Assembly: GCA_965208125.1 (NCBI GenBank)
Contig: OZ242320.1
Location: 5,312,001-5,376,000, forward strand
Direction of reading: 5' to 3'
Source: Candidatus Latescibacterota bacterium
GTDB lineage: Bacteria; Latescibacterota; UBA2968
Length of the DNA: 64,000 bases
Part shown: positions 57,253-64,000 of the stretch, one piece after another
Layout of the letters: every line of letters begins with the position of its first letter
Numbering within the stretch: position 1 is the first letter of the stretch
Program-made: the position numbers and the translations under genes
Notes under the pieces: model-generated
What the model was told of the DNA's origin: nothing
Seen by the model: only the letters and a program-made list of their open reading frames with translations
The model's database searches: none

Positions 57253-58197
57253 TTATAGCTTAAAACCAATGGTAAAGCGCAACGGTGTATTCAGATCGTT
57301 TTTGCTTTGCTGCCAGGCAAAATCGGCCGTCATATTGCGCTTTCCAAAAGGAATTTTCAGCCCGGCACCAGCGGTAAAATCCGTGCCGTCGTAATTGGCC
57401 ATATAGCCAGCGCGCAGAGCCAGCATATTCGCCAGCCATGCTTCGCCGCCAAAGTGATGGCGCTCTTCGTAGTTGATCGCAAAACTCAACTCGTAGGCCG
57501 CCGTCACGTAGAAAGGATCGCCCTTGATACCTACAACTTCAGCGGCACCTCCGATGTTGAACGTCAGCGGCTGCTGAAACTCACGACGCAGCACTTCCGT
57601 ATCCTTCCCAAAATTCCGCATCGACATCGACAGCCGAAAACTGCGGAACCCGGTGTAGAACCGCGTACCGAAATCCACGTTGAACGTTGTGTGATTGGTC
57701 AGATCCAGATCCTCACGCGCCCAACCGATACGCACGCCAAACGACAGCTTATCCGTAAACCGAATGGCGTAAGCTCCGGCAATGGCTGTCGTGCCCAGGC
57801 TCAATATACGTCCTGTGCCTCCGGGCTGCAAAATCGTGCGTTCCTCCACCTCATCGGGCATAAAGCTCAACAAGCTCACCCCAAAGGCGTGTATCCCCTT
57901 GCGAACTCCAATTGCCCCGGAGTTGAACGTCGAGTTTACAAACCACTGAGAATGGCTGAACGACACCTCTACACGGTCCAAACTCGACAAGCCTGCCGGA
58001 TTCCACCAGATGGCGTTGATATCATCTCCAACCGGTGTAAACGCACTGCCCATCCCGACCGCACGAGCACTCTGCCCCACTTCCAGGGCCGAAAAAATCG
58101 TCAGACCAATTCTCTTAACCGTCCCACTAGCTCCCGCGGGTCCGGCCCAGGCCAGGATTGCCAGCAGGATCCATCCGACGATAAGTTTTTTATACAT
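57253..58197 (-). CDS. porV: PorV/PorQ-family (FadL-like) outer-membrane beta-barrel
   Basis: Signal peptide; 'L.VG..ARA.GMG.AF.....D..A..WNPAGL', 'D.GT...TG', 'LALR.GY', alternating beta-strands. Confidence 0.82.
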   Translation of the reverse strand: MYKKLIVGWILLAILAWAGPAGASGTVKRIGLTIFSALEVGQSARAVGMGSAFTPVGDDINAIWWNPAGLSSLDRVEVSFSHSQWFVNSTFNSGAIGVRKGIHAFGVSLLSFMPDEVEERTILQPGGTGRILSLGTTAIAGAYAIRFTDKLSFGVRIGWAREDLDLTNHTTFNVDFGTRFYTGFRSFRLSMSMRNFGKDTEVLRREFQQPLTFNIGGAAEVVGIKGDPFYVTAAYELSFAINYEERHHFGGEAWLANMLALRAGYMANYDGTDFTAGAGLKIPFGKRNMTADFAWQQSKNDLNTPLRFTIGFKL

Positions 58198-58245
58198 TAC
58201 AATCTCCTTATAATTAGGCGCACCCCAAAGCGCGCAGCTTCTCGT

Positions 58246-60711
58246 CTATCTGACAGAACCTCCGACAACCACAAAAGTCCCGCGCTGAATTTTGCCCATG
58301 CTCTCGGGCCTCTCTGACTTTACCACAAATAAGTAAACCCCGGCGCTAATCTGCCCGGTCACTTCCCGAGAAAGCTGCAAATAACTGGCCTCGCCCAACT
58401 CGGGATTGTCGTGCTTAAATTCTGCCACGAGATCTCCAGAGACCGAGAAAATTTTCACATGGCACTTGGACGGCAGATTTGTGAACCGGATCTTGTCCGA
58501 TCCTTCGTAGGCATGCGATCCATCCGCCAGGAAGGGGTTGGGGATCACCGCCACGGGCGCTTCTAAAGCATTGGCAACCGGGTTGGCAGCCACCGCAGGG
58601 CTGGTAGGCGTCTTGGAAAACTGGAAAAACTGCTCCACAGCCGACAGACCGCTTTCCAGCGACGGCACCGGGCCGCGGCCCTTAAAATCACTGTGCCCAG
58701 TATCATAAGCCGTTACGGCATAATAATATTCGAATCCAGCTAGAGACTCGGAATCGGTAAATTCGTATGTATTGCCATTCTTATGCCCGGCATCACCCAC
58801 AGGGATGTCTTTTAACAATTGCCAGTTGTCGATGTAGAAATCGCTGCGGTAAACCCGGTATCCAGCCACATCCTTGGCCTCCCCCGTACCTGCATAATCG
58901 GGATCTTCCAGATCATCCAAACTCTCCCAGGAGAGTTTGGCCGTGGCATCGGGCGTGTTTGAAACGGTCAGAACCACATCTGGCGGTGGCAGTGGGATAT
59001 CGAACTCCAGGTCGTAGATTTCCTTGGCCTTTTTGGCGTGCTTGACCAAGTTCTGCATTACCTTGTCCGTGTGCAGATCGTCAAAATTCTGCGGAATATT
59101 CCGCTGCCAACCCCACATATTCTCTTCTACGGCCATTGCAGCCACAAGAGCTGTTACGATCTTGACCTTATCTCCCTTCTTCAGATCATAGGGACCATAA
59201 GTCTGCACAGCCGAATACCAGTTGGGAGACATCGGCGTAGCCACCGTCTCGCCACTTCGAGTCGGATTGTCCTGAGGCGGCAGCGGTGCTGTGGGATTCT
59301 CTGGCCATGGCGTGCGCCCATCATTATTCAAAATACTCGGTCGCTCGCCCGCCAAAGGCACAGAAACCAGTGCCCGGGCAATATCGTCCTCAGTGTGATC
59401 CCCCCGCTCAATAGAAGGGTCGTCCTTGTGGGTAAACCAGGATGCTACAAATGGCTGTTCTGTCACCCGGGGTGCAACATACGTTTCGGTATCGTTGGCA
59501 AACCCATCCGTAGGATCGTAATCAATGGGCAGGAAACCCACGTATTGCCCCGCCATGATCTCACCCCGCACTTGGAAATTTTGCCTTCCCCAGCAGCACT
59601 GGGTCTCTGGAATATGCGAATCTCCCGTATCGTCGCGCGAGGAGACCGGGGAATCGCCATCGAAAGCGTAGTGCATCTTAAGTCCGACAGCATCGGCCAC
59701 ATCCGAATAACTGGGATCGGCCCCCCCGGGATAGTTGGCCGCATCTGTGTAGCGCAGCACATCGTCCTGCACCTCGGGATAGGACTCTGCTTCAGAACGG
59801 CGCAACAGCCAGTAGTAATAACCCCGCGCATTTGTCACGCGATCCCGATTGGCCGTGCCGCCCTCGGTGGGCCAGAGCAGATTCACAAAGGAGAAATACG
59901 TATCGTTCAGAGTCAATCCCGCACCCCCATTCAAATCTGCAATCCCATCCCCGTCACTATCCCCTGTATTCTCAAAAATATTCTCCACAATTACAAAATC
60001 ATCCCAGTCTCGAAAACTCCACTGATATACCTTTTTGGTACCCGTAATCCCCGTCTCGGTAGTCCAGTGTGCAATGCCCAGCACTTCCCCAAACCGCTTG
60101 TGCTCTACCTTCATATATCTGCCGTAATCGGCGTTGTGAATCTCCAGCACCCTGTCGGAGGCAAGCGGAACTTGCCCGGGCCACCAGCTTGCCAGGGGAA
60201 CCTGAGCAATCGGATGGGTGTGTTCAAAACCCACCCCGGCCTTCCCTTCGGGCATATCTTCCACCGGATATCGCACCGGGGTAATATCCGGCGTATGTGT
60301 CAGCGCCGAAATCGAGACATTATACGTATTTCCGCCAGTGGGCGCGAACTCTCCAGGATTGGGCTTCGTAATAATGTACGTGCCCAGATTGCGGGCACCA
60401 GAAGTCCTCAGCAGGTAGTTCTGCACCCACTGGTTAGACCCCGGCCAGGTTCGCCCACCCCAGATACTACCCGAAATGCGGGTGCCCCGTCCCGGATAGG
60501 CGATCCCCTCCATGTTGGCTCGCCGGCTACCGTCTCGATCGGGGCCATGCGTACCCGTGTTCATCAAGCCCGTCCAGAGTTTGGCGCGTCTGAAGTTTCG
60601 GTATTCGATCTTTGGAATGATCTGCGCGGGGACGGTTTCAACAATGAGTACCATCGCAAAGACCGCTGCCACGACCGAATAAGACATCGGTAAAAATTTA
60701 AATTTATGCAT
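58246..60711 (-). CDS. Large secreted protein with Fn3-like domain and T9SS-like C-terminal sorting domain
   Basis: Signal peptide; 'GPYDL..G....IV.A', 'P.PPP', 'L.W','GYRVYRS','F.D.....GF.YYY.VTAYD'; CTD 'V.PNP....I.FTNLP..C..KIF..SG.LV...GVY.FVV'. Confidence 0.75.
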   Translation of the reverse strand: MHKFKFLPMSYSVVAAVFAMVLIVETVPAQIIPKIEYRNFRRAKLWTGLMNTGTHGPDRDGSRRANMEGIAYPGRGTRISGSIWGGRTWPGSNQWVQNYLLRTSGARNLGTYIITKPNPGEFAPTGGNTYNVSISALTHTPDITPVRYPVEDMPEGKAGVGFEHTHPIAQVPLASWWPGQVPLASDRVLEIHNADYGRYMKVEHKRFGEVLGIAHWTTETGITGTKKVYQWSFRDWDDFVIVENIFENTGDSDGDGIADLNGGAGLTLNDTYFSFVNLLWPTEGGTANRDRVTNARGYYYWLLRRSEAESYPEVQDDVLRYTDAANYPGGADPSYSDVADAVGLKMHYAFDGDSPVSSRDDTGDSHIPETQCCWGRQNFQVRGEIMAGQYVGFLPIDYDPTDGFANDTETYVAPRVTEQPFVASWFTHKDDPSIERGDHTEDDIARALVSVPLAGERPSILNNDGRTPWPENPTAPLPPQDNPTRSGETVATPMSPNWYSAVQTYGPYDLKKGDKVKIVTALVAAMAVEENMWGWQRNIPQNFDDLHTDKVMQNLVKHAKKAKEIYDLEFDIPLPPPDVVLTVSNTPDATAKLSWESLDDLEDPDYAGTGEAKDVAGYRVYRSDFYIDNWQLLKDIPVGDAGHKNGNTYEFTDSESLAGFEYYYAVTAYDTGHSDFKGRGPVPSLESGLSAVEQFFQFSKTPTSPAVAANPVANALEAPVAVIPNPFLADGSHAYEGSDKIRFTNLPSKCHVKIFSVSGDLVAEFKHDNPELGEASYLQLSREVTGQISAGVYLFVVKSERPESMGKIQRGTFVVVGGSVR

Positions 60712-60746
60712 AAATAGCTCTCCCTTTCTATAAAGGGCTTACAAAT

Positions 60747-60768
60747 TGGGGCTGGATATCCAGCCCCA
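60747..60768. repeat. Perfect 22-bp palindrome between TBDR and downstream gene
   Basis: TGGGGCTGGAT|ATCCAGCCCCA. Confidence 0.7.
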
Positions 60769-60782
60769 GAACAGGCGTTCTT

Positions 60783-63700
60783 TTACCAGGTCAGCCGCAA
60801 TCCCGCAAAGATCTGCCGGGGTTCGCCGCTGAAGCGATCGAAGTCGTTGACATCTCCATATTGTCGGAAAGTCGAATCGTCGGGACGTGGTGCCACAAGC
60901 CCCCACCTCAGGTAATCCGACGAACTGCCGACCCCGCCGCCCTGGCTCTGCGTACTCGGAATCTTCTGGTTGAACAAATTGTTGATTTCCAGGTAAAGCA
61001 GAGGCTTCACATTCTTGATGTTAAAGCCCTTCTGAATACTCAGGTCGGTCACAGAAGAAGTCGGACCCTCCCGCTTCACATTCAGACTGGTAATCGGATC
61101 GTTGAAACCGAAGACCCGGCCAGTATAAAGCCGATAGATCATGTTGACCCGCAGATCGCCGAATATCTTGCTTCCCCAAAACATCTCACCGGGCCCAAAA
61201 TCGGGTGGGCTGGCATAGATGAGCACCAGACTACCCTGAGTGCGGCGGGCATCGCTGCGGGCGCCTTCCACGCTCCAGAACGTACTGGAAATGGAGTAGA
61301 GGCCCTGCAATCGCTGGGCATCCTCGCTGGATAACCAGGGGAGTTCCCACAGCTTGATAAATTCCGTGCGATGCTGTGCACCAGCCTTCTGCCCTCCAGC
61401 AAGTCCTATATCCACCTGCGTCTGGGCCTTTGCTTTCAATTCTTCGAGCTTTTCACCAGTCGGCGGATTGGGAATCTCCGCTCCGGTGCTTGAATCAACC
61501 GTCCACTCCTGCCAGTAGCGATTTGGATCGGCAATATACGATGCGTCCGGGAAGATGTCGGTCTCTCCGTTCCCTCGCTTGGTACCGCCAATGGTCAGCC
61601 GTTCACCCCAGCCCATGTTGATGGATGCCTTGAAGGAAAAGTTGTGCTTCAGCCCCTTCTTCAGAGCCAGTTCCAAACCACGAGTTGTCACATGTCCGCG
61701 CGGTCCATTTGCTCTGGTCTTGGCCTTTCTGCCAAGCGTGGGATCGACAAAATACATCGCCTGTACGCTCAAAAATCCGTTGGACACCCGGTAATAAGCC
61801 GTGGTCTGCAGCGTATAGTCACTGATGAAATTGTACTCAGACCCCAACTCAAAGGCCGTGGATACCTGCGCGTTCTGGAACGAGGGATTGTCAATCGTAT
61901 AGGCAGAACCAAACGAGTCATTCAACGGCAGATTATTATTCACTTCTGCCGGATCGATCTGCCCGTTTCCATTCAAATCTCGGGAAGCAGCACCCGTCGT
62001 GCGCCAGCGATTTCTAAAGAAATAATCAAAGGCCGGACGCGTGTGGTATTTGCCATAAAAAAAGTGAATTTTCGACTTGTCTGTAATCGGGTGGGAAATG
62101 CCCAGCCGCGGCATATACCACGTATAGGCTTTCATATCGCCATATTGCGTATTTGCCTGATACCGCGTGAGAGTATTGGTCATTGGCGCGCCCTGAAAAG
62201 GAATTAATGGCACCTTTTCGCCCCAGAATCGCTCAATGCGCAATCCCGCATTCACGATCAATCCTTCAAACTCCATCTTGTCCTGGATATAGCCGGAAAA
62301 CTCCCAGGGCGTAACGCCTTCGCCAAATTCGCCGTATTTCCCATAATGGATGATGTATCGGTTCTTGCTACCAGCGGTTTCTGTAAAGTTGATCTGGTAG
62401 GAGTTGTAGCGCGTCAGACTAAGCCCTGCCTTGACAAAATGTCCGCGCGTCACCTGGCTGGACAAATCGACTTTTAGCGTGTACCGCGTCTGTGCGCCGA
62501 GTTGGTAGTCCCGCAACAGTCCGGTGTCGGCATAGTACCAACCGTCCTGGTCCAGAGTTGGATCCACTGTCTCGGTTGGCACGTTCAGAGTATCCTGCGT
62601 GCTGCTATAGCGAGACAGGCGCACCTCGTAGAAGGTTTTGGGCGACAGGGTGTGCGTAGCCAGGACATATAACAGATTGTCTGTGCTCAACCAGGACCCG
62701 GCTGCGGACTCGCCCTCGGGCAGGAAAATCGCCCGCGCATTATTCGTATGCCGCAATGCACTTGCCCTCAACAGATTAGAACCAGAAGTGAATCGGCCCT
62801 TGTCCCGGCCATAAAGCCCGCCGGCCCGCAACTTCAGGTTCGGGTTGAGATTGGTGGTCAACTTGTAGCTCGTACTGGCATTGAAGGGCTTGCGCAACTG
62901 CGCAGCCGGCAACCGCGTCGGCTGAAAATCGTGCTGCGTACTCAGGAAAAACGACACATCCCGACCAACAGGACCAGAAAGGGATGCTTCCATAAAATGC
63001 CCTTGCACATCTGTATAATCGCTCGACGGCCTTTCATGCACGCGCCGACCCGTGGCATCTGTCTCGTTCTCCCAGGCCGAATCCCCGGTCTTCAATCTGT
63101 CCTTGTGAATCGGGCTTTGATAAAAATTCTCACCCCAGTGCTGCTGTCGTGCAGGTGAAAACCGATAGTGTCCCTGACCGTGAAAATCGCGTCCACCATC
63201 CAGGGTGACAACCGACACAGCACCAATATGTCCGTATTCGGCATTCAACCCGCCGGCCAGAACTGTGATCTCGGAAATTGTCGAGGGATTTATATCGCGA
63301 AAGGTTTGCGAGGACGTACCCCGCCCTTCCCTGCGGCCATCCATCATCGTCAGCTTGATACCATCCAGCCGGTATTCTGTGACTTCTCCGCTCCCACCCT
63401 GTGTCCACGCATTCCGAATGCGGTCCGATCCATCCACATTCACACCCGCTTCCAGCTCTACAAAATTGTCCAGACTGCGGATGATGGGCAGCACCGCAAT
63501 ATCGTCGGCCGTTACAACATAGCGGCTTTCGGTGCGATCCGGCTCAACGAGGGGCCGTTCCGCCACCACCGTCAACTCACCCAATTCCAGGGTCGCTTCA
63601 TTGAGCACAAAATTTACGGTTGTCGTAATATCCGAAACGGCTCGAACATCGGTCTTGGTCGCCATCGAATAACCGACCATCGATGCCTTCAACTCGTATG

Positions 63701-63911
63701 TTCCCGGATCCACAGAAAGGATCACGTAATACCCTTCCGCATCAGAGGTCGCGCCCCGGTACGTCCCTTCTACCGTCACATTGGCCCCGGGAAGTGCCTC
63801 ACCCTTGCTATCGACCACCTGCCCGGTGATCTTTCCAGTCGTGGCAGCCTCAGCCAGTCCAAAGGCGACTACAACGCTGAAGCACATCAGAATACTTAAA
63901 ACTTTTTTCAT
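60783..63911 (-). CDS. TonB-dependent receptor with N-terminal carboxypeptidase-regulatory-like domain; likely start 63911
   Basis: 'GKITG.V.D..GE.LPGANV...GT..GA.SD..G.Y.IL...PG.Y', plug 'Y.LDG...I.EI.V..GG.NAEYG', barrel 'YIQDK.E....VNAGLR','PRLGISHPI','NNLFN', terminal 'GLRLTW'. Confidence 0.92.
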   Translation of the reverse strand: MKKVLSILMCFSVVVAFGLAEAATTGKITGQVVDSKGEALPGANVTVEGTYRGATSDAEGYYVILSVDPGTYELKASMVGYSMATKTDVRAVSDITTTVNFVLNEATLELGELTVVAERPLVEPDRTESRYVVTADDIAVLPIIRSLDNFVELEAGVNVDGSDRIRNAWTQGGSGEVTEYRLDGIKLTMMDGRREGRGTSSQTFRDINPSTISEITVLAGGLNAEYGHIGAVSVVTLDGGRDFHGQGHYRFSPARQQHWGENFYQSPIHKDRLKTGDSAWENETDATGRRVHERPSSDYTDVQGHFMEASLSGPVGRDVSFFLSTQHDFQPTRLPAAQLRKPFNASTSYKLTTNLNPNLKLRAGGLYGRDKGRFTSGSNLLRASALRHTNNARAIFLPEGESAAGSWLSTDNLLYVLATHTLSPKTFYEVRLSRYSSTQDTLNVPTETVDPTLDQDGWYYADTGLLRDYQLGAQTRYTLKVDLSSQVTRGHFVKAGLSLTRYNSYQINFTETAGSKNRYIIHYGKYGEFGEGVTPWEFSGYIQDKMEFEGLIVNAGLRIERFWGEKVPLIPFQGAPMTNTLTRYQANTQYGDMKAYTWYMPRLGISHPITDKSKIHFFYGKYHTRPAFDYFFRNRWRTTGAASRDLNGNGQIDPAEVNNNLPLNDSFGSAYTIDNPSFQNAQVSTAFELGSEYNFISDYTLQTTAYYRVSNGFLSVQAMYFVDPTLGRKAKTRANGPRGHVTTRGLELALKKGLKHNFSFKASINMGWGERLTIGGTKRGNGETDIFPDASYIADPNRYWQEWTVDSSTGAEIPNPPTGEKLEELKAKAQTQVDIGLAGGQKAGAQHRTEFIKLWELPWLSSEDAQRLQGLYSISSTFWSVEGARSDARRTQGSLVLIYASPPDFGPGEMFWGSKIFGDLRVNMIYRLYTGRVFGFNDPITSLNVKREGPTSSVTDLSIQKGFNIKNVKPLLYLEINNLFNQKIPSTQSQGGGVGSSSDYLRWGLVAPRPDDSTFRQYGDVNDFDRFSGEPRQIFAGLRLTW

Positions 63912-64000
63912 CAGTTTTTCCTCCATTTAAAATTCGATCTACCAGAAGTACTTAAATCCAACCACCAGATCGAACGATTGCAGTGGAAACGTCTTCAAAA

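Noticed and set aside
58991-60711. Long + strand ORF 59038-60693 (551 aa) and similar antisense ORFs (46586-47737, 57307-58317, 32990-33922, 11010-11912)
   Set aside because: They lie antisense to well-supported genes, have biased Pro/His/Arg/Ile composition and no motifs; typical shadow ORFs
1-64000. tRNA, rRNA, CRISPR array, transposase, integrase or prophage genes
   Set aside because: None recognisable by eye; intergenic gaps are short; a tRNAscan/Infernal run would be needed to exclude small RNAs fully

Overview
Gene-dense bacterial chromosomal window with about 44 CDS and no recognisable rRNA, tRNA, CRISPR array, transposase or integrase. The gene repertoire (sulfatases, PhyH dioxygenases, dockerin-like 'DFDGD..GFSDFL.FA..FG' tail, DUF6785-type membrane proteins, GWxTD-type protein, TonB receptor + T9SS-like CTD protein + PorV) suggests an FCB-group organism such as Latescibacterota; this is inference, not a search result. 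Left part (1-27.8 kb, mostly + strand): catabolic and transport genes, including a sugar ABC operon interrupted by a secreted HEXXH peptidase, a HOT transhydrogenase with an SSS transporter, a Zn-ribbon ABC exporter with DUF1854, an orphan RND pump and a lectin-like gene leading an ATPase-less ABC pair. Middle (27.8-54.6 kb): one minus-strand run of 19 mostly tightly spaced genes rich in Ca-binding beta-propeller, TPR and unknown membrane proteins. Its core is the best candidate for an undescribed system: an 1106-aa TPR/FG-GAP/ASPIC lipoprotein coupled to apparent homologues of the enediyne-cassette proteins E4/UnbV and E5/UnbU, with no PKSE, thioesterase or E3 in the window. Right part: a GWxTD-type protein convergent on a TBDR / CTD-protein / PorV triplet that may be a SusD-free uptake system. 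Several operator-like inverted repeats and one multi-stem intergenic element are also visible. All family assignments come from motif recognition by eye; no database search was run.
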